Assembly (NCBI GenBank): GCA_964420035.1
Contig: CAYQQR010000001.1
Location: forward strand, 41,283 to 105,282
Direction of reading: 5' to 3'
Source: an uncultured Bacteroidaceae bacterium
GTDB taxonomy: Bacteria; Bacteroidota; Bacteroidia; Bacteroidales; SM23-62
Length of the DNA: 64,000 bases
The position numbers and the translations under genes were made by a program. Of the stretch, positions 1 through 10,378 are shown piece by piece. Each line of letters opens with the position of its first letter. The first letter of the stretch is position 1. Below the pieces are notes generated by a model. It was not told where the DNA came from. It did no database searches and worked only from the letters and a program-made list of their open reading frames with translations.

Positions 1-107
1 TGTTTTTTTATGTTCTTCTTCCAGGATCTTTTTGATCCAGTTCCTGATCCTTCGTTTTTTTCCCTTTAATTCGTAACGGGGAGCTTCGTTATGGAGGTAT
101 ACGGCCA

Positions 108-503
108 CTAAAGATTGAAAACCAATTCGACCTGGCTTCCGTTTTCCGTAAATCTTAATTCGTCAGATAATTTTTCCATCAAGAATACACCTCTTCCGTT
201 TATTTTCTCAATATTCTCAGGTGCCGTGGGATCGGGTATGCTGAAGTAATCAAATCCCGGACCCTGGTCCTTGATCCTCATCCTCAGTTGCTTATCGGAC
301 AAATCATAATTTATCTTAATATCCTTCTTGCTATCCAGCTGATTACCATGCAGTATAGCATTATTGGCCGCTTCCAGGGTTGCGATAAGAATATTGCCAT
401 AGACTTCGTCGCTGAACTTATATTTATCGGATAGCTCATCGACAAGCTTTTCTACGATTCGCAGGTTCTCCATGTTGGATGGAATATTCAGTTCTTTGTC
501 CAT
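108..503 (-). CDS. small GHKL-type ATP-binding protein, anti-sigma regulatory factor/serine kinase-like (RsbW/SpoIIAB family)
   Basis: 131-aa ORF; EAANNAILHG (N-box-like) and DQGPGF...GRGVFLM (G-box-like) motifs; size typical of anti-sigma kinases. Confidence 0.6.
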   Translation of the reverse strand: MDKELNIPSNMENLRIVEKLVDELSDKYKFSDEVYGNILIATLEAANNAILHGNQLDSKKDIKINYDLSDKQLRMRIKDQGPGFDYFSIPDPTAPENIEKINGRGVFLMEKLSDELRFTENGSQVELVFNL

Positions 504-606
504 AATAACAGAATAGATTATGGTACTGCCCTCTTTTATACTGAATATTCTGCAATAAGGTTTCCTTATAGGAAGAAAATCTGATAATTTTTTTTTATCT
601 AACTAT

Positions 607-1803
607 TTATCGGTTCAGCCAAACTTCGGGATCCTGTTTCTCTATTTCCCTCCATATTTCCACGTGCAATACGCTTGTACCCCTGTCCTTATCGGTATAT
701 ACCGTACCTAAAGCTTGTTTGGTTTCAACCTGATCACCGGTTTTAACCAATACATCCACCAAATTCTGGTAGACGGTCAAATAATTCCCGTGCCGCATTA
801 TCACAGCATAGTTGGCACCTAAAATGGTAAACACTTTTGTTACTTCCCCCTTAAAAATAGCACGCGCCACAGCTCCTTCAACCGTTGTGATATCCACACC
901 GTTATTTTGTATGGTAATCCCCCCTAAAACCGGGTGTGGCTGTCTGCCGAATTTACTTGTAATGACCCCCCGCTCTGTCGGCCATGGCAATTTGCCCTGG
1001 TTGTCCCTGAAATTGTCCGATATCAGTTTCTGTTCCGGTGTAAGCTTGGCATAGATCTCAGATGTTTTAAGCCTTTCCGCTTCCTCTCTTATAATTCTTT
1101 CTATTTCTTCTTCGAGTCGCGCCGCGATACGTTCTTTTTCCCTTAATTGCCGCCTGAGTTCCTTTTCGCGTTCACTTAAACTACTTACGACCTCCTTTTT
1201 TTTATTTCTTTCTCTTGCCAGGGATCTTCGTTCTGTTTCTTTATTCCGGATCAGTGCTCTTTTTTCATTCCTTTGTTCTTCCAGGGCATCAATTTCTTCC
1301 GCGATGACATGCTGCATTTGCATAATGGACTCCCCCTGCTGTTTTCGGAATTCGGTATACTGCTCCAAATACCTTATTCTACGGTATGCCTGGTTGAAAT
1401 TTTTTGCCGACAGTATAAACATGATCTTGCTCATCCCGCCCCTTCCTTTCCATGCCCGGTAAATCATCCTCGCGTAATCTTTCTTGAGCATTTCCAGGTC
1501 CCCTTCCAGCTCTGCAATCAAATTTTCCTTTGTCCGTATTCCTTCCTCAATGATTTCCAGCTCATCTTCCATGGTATGGATAAGCTGTTCCCTTAACTCA
1601 ATCCTCTTATTGACCAATAATAACTGATCGTAATTGTCTTTACGTTCCTGTTGCGTTTTTTTGAGGACCTGATTGGTGAATTGTATTTCCTCTTCAGTCT
1701 TCTTTTTTTTGGCCTCCAGTGACGTACGGTCCTGGGCCCGGAGATTAAGACACACGAACAGGCTGATCAGATATATAATTATATGCCTTGGGTTGATGCT
1801 CAA
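607..1803 (-). CDS. M23 family metallopeptidase with long N-terminal coiled coil (EnvC-like murein hydrolase activator)
   Basis: 398 aa; signal-like N-terminus; about 230 aa of E/K/R/L-rich coiled coil; C-terminal LytM/M23-like domain (GVDITT...NYAVIMRHGNYLTVYQNL...VLHVEIW). Confidence 0.8.
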   Translation of the reverse strand: MSINPRHIIIYLISLFVCLNLRAQDRTSLEAKKKKTEEEIQFTNQVLKKTQQERKDNYDQLLLVNKRIELREQLIHTMEDELEIIEEGIRTKENLIAELEGDLEMLKKDYARMIYRAWKGRGGMSKIMFILSAKNFNQAYRRIRYLEQYTEFRKQQGESIMQMQHVIAEEIDALEEQRNEKRALIRNKETERRSLARERNKKKEVVSSLSEREKELRRQLREKERIAARLEEEIERIIREEAERLKTSEIYAKLTPEQKLISDNFRDNQGKLPWPTERGVITSKFGRQPHPVLGGITIQNNGVDITTVEGAVARAIFKGEVTKVFTILGANYAVIMRHGNYLTVYQNLVDVLVKTGDQVETKQALGTVYTDKDRGTSVLHVEIWREIEKQDPEVWLNR

Positions 1804-2597
1804 ATTTCTTTCCTGCTGTAATTATCCGGGATCCTTATCCTGGCTCTTATATCCTCGTTAATGGAATAAGATCGTATTTCCATTTCCCCTTCCAAAAATC
1901 TATTTCTGTAGTTGGTTTTCCAGTACAACTTGTTATAAAAATTCTCTTTCCCCTTTTTATGAAAACCATCATACTCAATTCTAATGTATGCACCCGAGCT
2001 TATATTTTTTATCCTAAATAGCTTAATAACACCCTGTTGCATGCTGGACATACTTTCAAACTGGTACAGTTCATTCTTTTGCTCCATTATACAGGCAAAG
2101 TACTGCATGCTGTCCCGTATCTCTGAATGCATCCCCCTGGCACGTATTGCTTCCACTTTCACTCTTGATATAAATTCATTTAACAATATATTTTCAAGCT
2201 CAAAAACCGATAAAGGAATCCCGTAGTATTCCTTAATTCTTTCATTGCTATCCCAAATGTAATACTTGTCTATTCTATTGATAATCAGTATGCTATCTTT
2301 GAGGGCAATGATCCTTGCAGCTTCGTAACCCATGGCAGGCACAACGGATATCATGATCATCGAATCTCTGATAACGCCCATGAATCCATTGAATCTCAGC
2401 ATCTCTGCTCCTGTATTTACCTTGATGTTGAGTCTTTCCAGCTTTAAAATCTTAATGCCGGCTCGTTCGGAATTTATCTTTTCAATGAGCCCGGCAATCG
2501 GCACAGTTTCAATTTCCTCCCGCAGCACAATCTTGCGCATTGTTTTACAAGCAGTTATTAAAACGGCCATGACCAATAGCAGGATGGTTCTTTTCAC
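1800..2597 (-). CDS. lipoprotein, DUF4292-like
   Basis: 265 aa; lipobox LITAC near N-terminus; 4-nt overlaps with both neighbours; sits in the TPR-DUF4292-M23 arrangement I recall from Bacteroidota. Confidence 0.5.
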   Translation of the reverse strand: MKRTILLLVMAVLITACKTMRKIVLREEIETVPIAGLIEKINSERAGIKILKLERLNIKVNTGAEMLRFNGFMGVIRDSMIMISVVPAMGYEAARIIALKDSILIINRIDKYYIWDSNERIKEYYGIPLSVFELENILLNEFISRVKVEAIRARGMHSEIRDSMQYFACIMEQKNELYQFESMSSMQQGVIKLFRIKNISSGAYIRIEYDGFHKKGKENFYNKLYWKTNYRNRFLEGEMEIRSYSINEDIRARIRIPDNYSRKEI

Positions 2598-4345
2598 TTT
2601 TTTCCCTCCTCCCTGTATTCCTCTATCTTTTTTTCCAGTCCTTTGTTTTCACCATTCATCTCCAGCGCTTTTTCCCAATATTCCAAAGCTTCCTCATTCA
2701 TGTCGTTTTTTAACAATATATCTCCATAATGCTCATAAATTTCGGGATCCCCGTTTGTAAGCAATAGCAGAGCTTCTTCAATATATTTCAGTGCCTCCTG
2801 GTACCTTCCATTTTTATAAAGCACCCATGCATAAGTGTCCAGGTATGTGGGGTTTTCCCCTTCAGCTTCAATAACCTTTTTGATCATTTCCAGGGCCCTG
2901 GTAAGTTGTGTTTCCTCTTCGGCCAGGAAATAACTATAATTATTCAATACGATAAGATTCTGAGGATTAATATCAAGCGTTTTTTCATAGTATTCAAAAG
3001 CTTTGTCCGCGTTGCCCGTACCGTAGTATGCATCCCCCATTATATTGAACAACTGCTCTTTCAGGGCCATGTTTTCTTCGCTCAGGTATTTTTCGGCTTT
3101 TTCCATTTCCTTCAGCGCCTCTTCAGGTTCTTCAAGCTGAAGATGTGCGATTCCGGAAAGGAAATACAATATTGGCTTTTCGCCAAAATATTTTTGCGCC
3201 TCCTTTGCCTGGCCTATCAATTCATCGAAGAGCCCCAGTATGTTTTTTATATAAAGGCTTTGTTCCCATATGTTGTACTTCCTTTTTTCCTTTTCCAGTA
3301 CAATTTCATACAGACTGTCGGCTGCTGCAAGATTTTTTACATTAACATAATAATCCGCCAATAAGTTCTTGGCCCTGATACTTCCCGGGTGATCCCCAAC
3401 GATGATATGGCACAGGCTATCAACATAATTCCTGTTCTCCATTAATAATTTTTTGTCTGATAAAAAGGGCAATAATGTACCGATCTTTTGATCCACTTTG
3501 AGCTGGGAATTGCTTATGGCCCTCCCGGTCCATTGAAGCCATTTATCCTTCTCTCCAAGCTGTTTATAGAATTCTGCAATAGACAAGAATGCCAATCCGT
3601 TCGACGGGTCAATCTTAAGAATCTCCCGGTACTGTTTCAGGGCTTCTTCATTATTTCCAATCGTCCCATAAAGCTCTGCAAGCATTCCCCGGTACCTTAT
3701 CCCTGTCGGTTCCGCCTCGACCAATTTCTTTAACTCCGCCACGGCTTTTTCGGCATTCCCGCGATTCAGCCATAGTTGATGTTTGAGCAAACTGACCGCT
3801 TCGCTTATTCCTTTTTCCTTCTCGATATTCTCCAGTATCACCAGGGCCTTCCTTTCATTTCCCTGCAGACCGTTCAGGCGAGCCAATTCGTACCGGACCT
3901 CAACTTTTTCAGGCCACTGTTCCGTTATTTGCTCATAGATAATCATGGCACTGTCATACTTCTCCTGCACATTATAAACATGAGCCAAACGCGCGTAAAA
4001 CCAATAATTGTCCGGTTTTGTCGATATGGCGCGCTGATAAAGTTGTACCGCGCTTTTCCAGTCCTGTATCATGCTGTATATATTCCCAAGCTGGTAATAT
4101 GCTGTCGCGCTTCCAGGATTGAATTCTATACATTTTTGGTACAGGGTCGCTGCTTCTTTCAGGTTCCCGAAAAGTTTTTGTTTTGTAGCTTCCGTTAATG
4201 CATATTGATACTCACTGTAGGCGGAGCGGTCCAGCTCAGTGTGCGCTTTTCTCAGTTTTCTGCCGCTGTCTTTAGTTCCGGCACAGGATCCCACGATCAA
4301 CGCGCTAATAAGATAAATGCTGCTCTTTATGAATAATCTGCCCAT
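2594..4345 (-). CDS. TPR-repeat lipoprotein
   Basis: I place the start at ATG 4345 (MGRLFIKSSIYLISALIVGSCAG, lipoprotein-type signal) because the longer ORF to 4537 overlaps dut; many 34-aa TPR-like repeats (AxxYYxLGxIY, EALxYxEKAL). Confidence 0.75.
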   Translation of the reverse strand: MGRLFIKSSIYLISALIVGSCAGTKDSGRKLRKAHTELDRSAYSEYQYALTEATKQKLFGNLKEAATLYQKCIEFNPGSATAYYQLGNIYSMIQDWKSAVQLYQRAISTKPDNYWFYARLAHVYNVQEKYDSAMIIYEQITEQWPEKVEVRYELARLNGLQGNERKALVILENIEKEKGISEAVSLLKHQLWLNRGNAEKAVAELKKLVEAEPTGIRYRGMLAELYGTIGNNEEALKQYREILKIDPSNGLAFLSIAEFYKQLGEKDKWLQWTGRAISNSQLKVDQKIGTLLPFLSDKKLLMENRNYVDSLCHIIVGDHPGSIRAKNLLADYYVNVKNLAAADSLYEIVLEKEKRKYNIWEQSLYIKNILGLFDELIGQAKEAQKYFGEKPILYFLSGIAHLQLEEPEEALKEMEKAEKYLSEENMALKEQLFNIMGDAYYGTGNADKAFEYYEKTLDINPQNLIVLNNYSYFLAEEETQLTRALEMIKKVIEAEGENPTYLDTYAWVLYKNGRYQEALKYIEEALLLLTNGDPEIYEHYGDILLKNDMNEEALEYWEKALEMNGENKGLEKKIEEYREEGKK

Positions 4346-4346
4346 A

Positions 4347-4790
4347 TTAATTATTTCCTGTATGGCCAAAGCCACCGCTTCCGCGTACACTTTTTTCCAG
4401 TTGTTCAACATTTTCCCATTCCACCTGTTCATGACTTGCAACGACCATCTGGCAAATCCTGTCGCCATCCCGGATAACAAATTCTTCTTTTGAAATATTC
4501 GCGAGAATGATCCCGACCTCTCCCCGGTAATCCGCATCGATGGTCCCGGGGCTGTTTACAACAGTGATTCCGTGCTTAAGGGCCAGTCCGCTTCGCGGTC
4601 TTATCTGGGCTTCGTGCCCTGGCGGCAATTGAATATATAACCCGGTGGGAACCAAAACACGCTGCATGGACTTCAATATTATTTCTTTTTCAAGGTTTGC
4701 CCGCAGATCCATCCCTGCTGCATGCTCAGTGCTATACCCGGGTAATGGATGTTTTGATTTATTGACTATTCTTACTTGTATTTTATTCAT
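4347..4790 (-). CDS. dut: dUTP diphosphatase
   Basis: 147 aa; conserved [29 protein letters not shown] and C-terminal [10 protein letters not shown] motifs. Confidence 0.95.
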   Translation of the reverse strand: MNKIQVRIVNKSKHPLPGYSTEHAAGMDLRANLEKEIILKSMQRVLVPTGLYIQLPPGHEAQIRPRSGLALKHGITVVNSPGTIDADYRGEVGIILANISKEEFVIRDGDRICQMVVASHEQVEWENVEQLEKSVRGSGGFGHTGNN

Positions 4791-6270
4791 GTAGCTTTTT
4801 TTTATGCAATATCCTGAATGGTTTTTCCTTTCTTATTGCATAAAGAACGAAAATAAGGAATAAACCCGTATTCATACTTAACTCAATAAGGGTTGAAGAG
4901 AACGCTACCAATTTATCGATCAGGAATAACAGGAGAGCTATGAGGCTATAAAAGCCAATTCGTTTCAGGTCATATTTTATCCTGTAATGTTTTCTTGACA
5001 AAAAATAAGACGCGATAACCATGGCCAAATAACAGGAGAAATGGGCCCAGGCCGAAGCATGATATCCGTACCGGGGTATAAATACGGCATTGATCAATAT
5101 GGTTATAACCGCACCCCCCAGGGTAATTTGTGCTCCATATTTCGTGAGATTCGTAAGCTTGTACCAGATGCTCAGGTTGATGTAGATCCCAAGGAACATA
5201 TTTGCCGCGAGCACCACCGGTACAATATCCAGTCCGCCGTGATAATTGGCAGCGATATAGTACTTCAGTATTTCTATATAAAAATTGACAAACAAGAAGA
5301 TGATCAGGGTAAAAATGATGAAGTATTTCATTATCCCCGCGTATTGCTCCCTGGCATCCTGGTCTTTGGAACGGGCAAAGTAATAGGGTTCCACCCCATA
5401 ACGGAACATTTGTATGAAGACCGTCATCAGAACCGCCAGCTTGTAATTGGCTCCGTATATACCAAGCTGTCCCAGGGCATTGACATCCTCCGGCAGTAAT
5501 TGCTTAAGCATCACCCGGTCTATGGTCTCATTCACTGTTCCGGCAAGTCCGGATATCAACAAAGGCAAAGAATAAATCATCAGCTCCTTCCATATATGAA
5601 TCTTTGTCTTTCCACGGATGATAAAGATTTCCTTGCTCAGTGCAATCAAATTAAATGTGCTGGCAACCAGGTTGGAAATAAACACATATCCGACGCCGAT
5701 GTCCGGGTTATAGATCAGGCGAATGACCGTGTGGGGATTATTCTCATGTATTGAAGGAAAAACATATAGAAAGAGAAAATTCAATAGAATATTCAATACC
5801 ACGCTCACTACTCTGATTATACTGAACTTGAGCGCCTTATTCTTTAATCGCAGATAAGCAAACGGTATGCTGGTGAACGCGTCCAAACCAACGATCCAGC
5901 CGACCATAATGATATATTCCGGGTGATCCGGATATTCCGTGATCCTGGCCAGCGGCTGGTTGAAGACAAGGATCAAAAGCAGAAAAAAGCTGGTGGTTAT
6001 AGCCAGAGAACTCAAAGCCGTCTTGAAAACATCCTGCCCGTTTTTATTTTGATTGGCAAAACGGAAGAATCCTGTTTCCAGTCCATAGGTCAGGATAACC
6101 ATCAGGAAGACTACATAGGCGTAAAATTCCGTGATGACACCGTACTGGGCGGTATCACTAAAATAGTAAGTGTGCAGGGGGGTGAGCAGTATAAAATTCA
6201 ATAATCTTGGTACAACGGTACCAGCACCATAAACCGCTGTTTGTCCGACTAAAGCTTTGTATCGATTCAA
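4783..6270 (-). CDS. MOP-superfamily polysaccharide/lipid flippase (Wzx-like polysaccharide biosynthesis protein)
   Basis: 495 aa, about 12-14 hydrophobic helices, N-terminal [18 protein letters not shown] pattern typical of polysaccharide biosynthesis flippases; 8-nt overlap with dut. Confidence 0.75.
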   Translation of the reverse strand: MNRYKALVGQTAVYGAGTVVPRLLNFILLTPLHTYYFSDTAQYGVITEFYAYVVFLMVILTYGLETGFFRFANQNKNGQDVFKTALSSLAITTSFFLLLILVFNQPLARITEYPDHPEYIIMVGWIVGLDAFTSIPFAYLRLKNKALKFSIIRVVSVVLNILLNFLFLYVFPSIHENNPHTVIRLIYNPDIGVGYVFISNLVASTFNLIALSKEIFIIRGKTKIHIWKELMIYSLPLLISGLAGTVNETIDRVMLKQLLPEDVNALGQLGIYGANYKLAVLMTVFIQMFRYGVEPYYFARSKDQDAREQYAGIMKYFIIFTLIIFLFVNFYIEILKYYIAANYHGGLDIVPVVLAANMFLGIYINLSIWYKLTNLTKYGAQITLGGAVITILINAVFIPRYGYHASAWAHFSCYLAMVIASYFLSRKHYRIKYDLKRIGFYSLIALLLFLIDKLVAFSSTLIELSMNTGLFLIFVLYAIRKEKPFRILHKKKLHE

Positions 6271-6322
6271 TGATCCCGTCTTTAAACCATCAAAGATACA
6301 ATCTATAGCGCTTTTATTAATT

Positions 6323-7177
6323 TTAAGTCAAATCCTTAATGATTTCTTCAACATTTTGATAACGGAAGCTGAATTTTTCCTGGTTCAACCGCCCGGGAAT
6401 AACTGCCTGGCCTTCCATTAACGTAAGGGCGGCCTTTCCATACAAAATTCTTAATGCAAAACCCGGAACAGTGAATAACGCGGGTCTGCGGACATCGCGG
6501 GCCAGCAGTTTTGTGAATTCCTTGTTGGTTGTATAGGAAGGTGCTGTAGTATTAAAAATCCCCTCCAGCTCTTTCTCTATGATATATTGTGTGGCACGGA
6601 CCAGGTCATTGATGTGTATCAGGCTCATATATTGTTTCCCGGAACTGATCTTTCCTCCGAGCCCCATCTTGAAAAGTTTTAACAGCCTTGGAAATGCCCC
6701 GCCCTCAATGCCCATTACAAGACTGAACCGCATGATGCTGTGCTTGTGTTTATCGGAAAGCTGCTGAACCGGTTGCTCCCATGCCCGTACGACTTCGGAA
6801 AGAAAATTATCTGCAAAATTCCTGCTTTGTTCATTGTGTACACCTTGATCATCATATACGCCAATTGCGGAAGCATTGACCAGGTGCTTACTTTCTTTCA
6901 TCCTGTTTATAGAATATACCAGCTTTTCAGTGGTTTTGACCCTTGAATCCAGTATTCGCTTCCTGGCGCTTTCGGTCCATCGCTGAACAATGGGCGCTCC
7001 CGCAAGATTCACTACAACATCGACCCTGTTTATTATTTTGTCCAGTTTTTCGGGACCTTCAACATCTCCCCGGCTTATCTCCATGACCTCGTATTTTTCT
7101 TCCAGCTCTTCGGAAAGTTTGCTCCCGACAAATCCATGGATCCCCCGTATGGCTATAATTTTTTTCATCATTTTCAA
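6323..7177 (-). CDS. YfcH/TIGR01777-type NAD-dependent epimerase family protein (SDR fold with DUF1731-like C-terminus)
   Basis: 284 aa; N-terminal GxxGFVG Rossmann motif; C-terminal LMEGQAVIPGRLNQEKFSFRY matches the family tail. Confidence 0.7.
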   Translation of the reverse strand: MKMMKKIIAIRGIHGFVGSKLSEELEEKYEVMEISRGDVEGPEKLDKIINRVDVVVNLAGAPIVQRWTESARKRILDSRVKTTEKLVYSINRMKESKHLVNASAIGVYDDQGVHNEQSRNFADNFLSEVVRAWEQPVQQLSDKHKHSIMRFSLVMGIEGGAFPRLLKLFKMGLGGKISSGKQYMSLIHINDLVRATQYIIEKELEGIFNTTAPSYTTNKEFTKLLARDVRRPALFTVPGFALRILYGKAALTLMEGQAVIPGRLNQEKFSFRYQNVEEIIKDLT

Positions 7178-7195
7178 TTCTAAACCGATTAAGCC

Positions 7196-7203
7196 TATCT
7201 TTG
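7196..7203 (+). promoter_or_regulatory. candidate Bacteroidota -7 promoter element (TAnnTTTG)
   Basis: TATCTTTG lies 21 nt upstream of the cyclophilin ATG, in the divergent gap 7178-7223. Confidence 0.3.
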
Positions 7204-7223
7204 CGGCATCGGATTAAGGTACA

Positions 7224-7883
7224 ATGAAAACTATTTTGTTTCCCATATTGTTCATTTTATCTGCCTGGAATGTCCATGCTCAGTCTGGCAATACCCGGAT
7301 TCTGATGCATACCGCCTTAGGAGATATTCGTCTTTTGCTCTATGATGAAACGCCCATGCATCGGGATAATTTTGTTGAACTGGTGCAGGCCGGTTTCTAT
7401 GACGGCCTCCTGTTTCACAGGGTTATCAAGGAGTTCATGATACAAACCGGCGATCCTGAAAGCAGAGATGCAGCACCGGGTGAACGGCTGGGCAATGGTG
7501 GCCCGGCTTATACCATCCCCGCGGAATTCAATCCCAAACTTTACCATAAAAGGGGTGCGCTGGCAGCTGCCAGGAAAGGAGACCCGGTTAATCCCGCGCG
7601 TGCCTCCTCCGGTTCACAGTTTTATATTGTGCTTGGTAAAACCTTCACTGATGCTCAATTAAAAGCTATGGAACAAAGTAGGCCGGTCCCTTTTACAGAA
7701 AAACAAAAACAGGTTTACAGCTCTTCCGGCGGAACGCCCCACCTGGATTATGCCTATACCGTTTTTGGTGAAGTTTTAGATGGTATGGACCTAGTTGATA
7801 AAATTGCCGAATTGCCTACAGATCAATATGACAGACCCCTTGAAGATTTGGTCATTTCTATGGAAATAATTGAAAATGAATAA
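7224..7883 (+). CDS. cyclophilin-type peptidyl-prolyl cis-trans isomerase, secreted
   Basis: 219 aa; signal peptide; FHRVIKEFMIQTGDP and SSGSQFYIV cyclophilin motifs. Confidence 0.9.
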   Translation: MKTILFPILFILSAWNVHAQSGNTRILMHTALGDIRLLLYDETPMHRDNFVELVQAGFYDGLLFHRVIKEFMIQTGDPESRDAAPGERLGNGGPAYTIPAEFNPKLYHKRGALAAARKGDPVNPARASSGSQFYIVLGKTFTDAQLKAMEQSRPVPFTEKQKQVYSSSGGTPHLDYAYTVFGEVLDGMDLVDKIAELPTDQYDRPLEDLVISMEIIENE

Positions 7884-7892
7884 GAAATTTTT

Positions 7893-8912
7893 ATGCTTCA
7901 TCGTATTAAAGAAATAAAAGAGGAAATAGAGAACTTCAAGCCAAAAACCGAAGATGCCGCCGAAGAGTTTCGCCTGCGTTATCTTGCCAGAAAAGGAGCG
8001 ATCCCTTCCTTGTTTGCAGATTTCAGGAACATTCCCCCCGAAGAAAAAAAATATACAGGCAGGAGCCTGAATGAAATCAAGCAAAGAGCCAATGATATTT
8101 ACAACAACCTGAAAACTGCCCAAACCAAAACGGAAGAGGCCGGAAAATTCGAAGACCATACCCTGCCGGCAGATCCTTTACATATTGGCGCACATCACCC
8201 GGTTAATATAGTCCGTAAAGAGATCATAGATGTATTTGCCCGTCTGGGTTTTGTCGTTGCCGAAGGCCCGGAGATTGAAGATGATTGGCATGTTTTCTCC
8301 GCCCTGAACTTTCCTCCTGAGCACCCGGCAAGAGATATGCAGGATACGTTTTTTGTTTCAGAAGACCGAAACTATTTGCTGCGAACCCATACCTCCTCGG
8401 TACAGGTGCGGGTTATGGAATCGCAAAAACCTCCCATACGCATCATTGCCCCGGGTCGTGTGTTCAGAAATGAAGCCATCTCCGCCCGTGCACATTGCAT
8501 TTTTCATCAGATCGAGGGACTGTATATCGATACAGAGGTATCTTTCGCGGATATGAAGCAGGTATTGCTCTATTTCGCTCATGAAATTTTCGGTCAGGAT
8601 ACACGGGTCCGTCTCCGTCCTTCCTATTTTCCTTTTACCGAACCTTCTGCAGAAATGGACGTTTCCTGCACCATATGCGGTGGCAAAGGTTGTAATGTGT
8701 GTAAATATACCGGTTGGCTGGAAATCATGGGCTGCGGTATGGTAGACCCCGCCGTTCTAAGCAATTGCCATATCAATCCGGAAACCTATACCGGTTATGC
8801 TTTTGGTATGGGTATCGAACGGGTAGCCATGCTCAAATACCAGATCAATGATCTTAGGCTATATTTCGAAAACGATAAGAGGTTCCTGAACCAGTTCAGC
8901 ACACATCCATAG
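7893..8912 (+). CDS. pheS: phenylalanine--tRNA ligase alpha subunit
   Basis: 339 aa; class II aaRS motifs (HPARDMQDTFF, RTHTSSVQVR, FRNEAISARAH, GMGIERVAML). Confidence 0.95.
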   Translation: MLHRIKEIKEEIENFKPKTEDAAEEFRLRYLARKGAIPSLFADFRNIPPEEKKYTGRSLNEIKQRANDIYNNLKTAQTKTEEAGKFEDHTLPADPLHIGAHHPVNIVRKEIIDVFARLGFVVAEGPEIEDDWHVFSALNFPPEHPARDMQDTFFVSEDRNYLLRTHTSSVQVRVMESQKPPIRIIAPGRVFRNEAISARAHCIFHQIEGLYIDTEVSFADMKQVLLYFAHEIFGQDTRVRLRPSYFPFTEPSAEMDVSCTICGGKGCNVCKYTGWLEIMGCGMVDPAVLSNCHINPETYTGYAFGMGIERVAMLKYQINDLRLYFENDKRFLNQFSTHP

Positions 8913-8913
8913 C

Positions 8914-9342
8914 TTATTTCTCGTTTATGAGCCTGATCTCATGGGTCAGCTCCATCACATCACGGTAGGTGGCACTGACCCCGCAATATCTTTCCTGTGA
9001 AAGGTTTACGGCCTTATTGATCTTATCCATGCTGCCTTTAAGATTCTTGCCGTAAAATTCATACCTGATATGCATCTTGGAATATTTCTTAGGATGTTCT
9101 TCTGTTAACGTTCCACTTACCTTGACCTTGAAATCTGTAAAATCAACCCGCATTTTCCGCAGTAAGGAAACAACATCCATCGCGGTGCAACCACCCAGGC
9201 TGGCCATCATCAGCGGTTTGGGCCTGGGTCCTTTGCCCTGACCACCATGTTCACCGGTTGCATCAATGGTTATGTTATATCCATCGACACTTATGTCAAA
9301 AACCATTCCGTCAACTAACTGTATATCTATTGATTCATTCAT
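8914..9342 (-). CDS. OsmC family peroxiredoxin-like protein
   Basis: 142 aa; GPRPKPLMMASLGGCTAMDV and C-terminal CGV motif typical of the OsmC/Ohr fold. Confidence 0.8.
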   Translation of the reverse strand: MNESIDIQLVDGMVFDISVDGYNITIDATGEHGGQGKGPRPKPLMMASLGGCTAMDVVSLLRKMRVDFTDFKVKVSGTLTEEHPKKYSKMHIRYEFYGKNLKGSMDKINKAVNLSQERYCGVSATYRDVMELTHEIRLINEK

Positions 9343-9451
9343 ACCTAACTATTTTGATATATTTATATTTCGCAAATTTAGCCATTAATTGTAAATTGCA
9401 TTATCTTCTTGACTGTATGATTTTTGCAGCAATACGGATGGATCTTTAGTT

Positions 9452-10159
9452 ATGAGAAATTTGCAAACCATGCAATGTGGGACGGACTGCCTGATCCGGT
9501 CCAACAGTATATTCAGGCATCTTACCAAGGAAGAATTGGACCGGGTAGCCTACGAAAAGACCGTAGAGAATTACAAACGTGGTAATATCCTATACAGGGA
9601 AGGCAGTAGGATTGCTGGTTTTTATTGCGTCCAGACCGGTATCATAAAAATATACAAGACCGGTATCGACGGTAAGGAACAAATTATAAGGTTTGCCAAA
9701 CCGGGGGATATTATAGGCTTTCGCTCTGTTCTTACGAATGAGCTTGCCTGTACCACGGCCAAGGTTATTGAAGATACGGTGGTGTGTTTTATACCCGGTG
9801 ATACCCTGATTTACCTGGTCAAAAACAACGGCAATTTTAGTATGGACCTGATGAGACTGACTTGCATGGAACTGGGAGAAGCCAATTCGTACATAACAGA
9901 CATCGCTCAAAAAACCGTTCGTGAACGTTTGGCCGAAGTGCTGATCCACTTAAAGCATAATTTTGACCTGGATGATAACAAGGTCCTTCAGATCTCACTG
10001 ACCCGAGAAGAGCTTGCCAATATTGTTGGCACTGCAACCGAGTCGGTGATCCGGCTCCTTTCAGAGTTCAAACAGGATGGATTTATCGACCTGAACGGCA
10101 GAAAAATTAAGCTGCTTGATGTTCCCGGACTGATGAAAGTCGGTAATCTCTACCAATAG
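9452..10159 (+). CDS. Crp/Fnr family transcriptional regulator
   Basis: 235 aa; cNMP-binding beta-roll followed by C-terminal HTH (TREELANIVGTATESVIRLLSEF). Confidence 0.85.
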   Translation: MRNLQTMQCGTDCLIRSNSIFRHLTKEELDRVAYEKTVENYKRGNILYREGSRIAGFYCVQTGIIKIYKTGIDGKEQIIRFAKPGDIIGFRSVLTNELACTTAKVIEDTVVCFIPGDTLIYLVKNNGNFSMDLMRLTCMELGEANSYITDIAQKTVRERLAEVLIHLKHNFDLDDNKVLQISLTREELANIVGTATESVIRLLSEFKQDGFIDLNGRKIKLLDVPGLMKVGNLYQ

Positions 10160-10161
10160 AC

Positions 10162-10338
10162 CTATTCTTCTATAAAGTACTTGTTGATCAGAATGTGTGC
10201 CAGCAGCCCAATAATTAGGAGGGCGCCGCTGACAGCCAGATAGGTGTTGGCATCGGTCCCCTTGAACATTGCGTAGGCCAAAAAACCGACAGCGATCAAA
10301 ATGACCAGTATACCGAGGTTTTGTAATAGGTTTTGCAT
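10162..10338 (-). CDS. small two-helix membrane protein (58 aa, below the ORF-track cutoff)
   Basis: My own translation: MQNLLQNLGILVILIAVGFLAYAMFKGTDANTYLAVSGALLIIGLLAHILINKYFIEE; two clear hydrophobic helices; fills an otherwise empty 219-nt gap. Confidence 0.35.
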   Translation of the reverse strand: MQNLLQNLGILVILIAVGFLAYAMFKGTDANTYLAVSGALLIIGLLAHILINKYFIEE

Positions 10339-10378
10339 GGCTGAAATATTTTTCTTTTGAAAAAATATAAAATTCCTC

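Noticed and set aside
4346-4537. N-terminal 64-codon extension of the TPR ORF (track ORF 2594-4537)
   Set aside because: It overlaps the well-supported dut gene out of frame. An internal ATG at 4345 gives a canonical lipoprotein signal and leaves a 1-nt gap to the dut stop.
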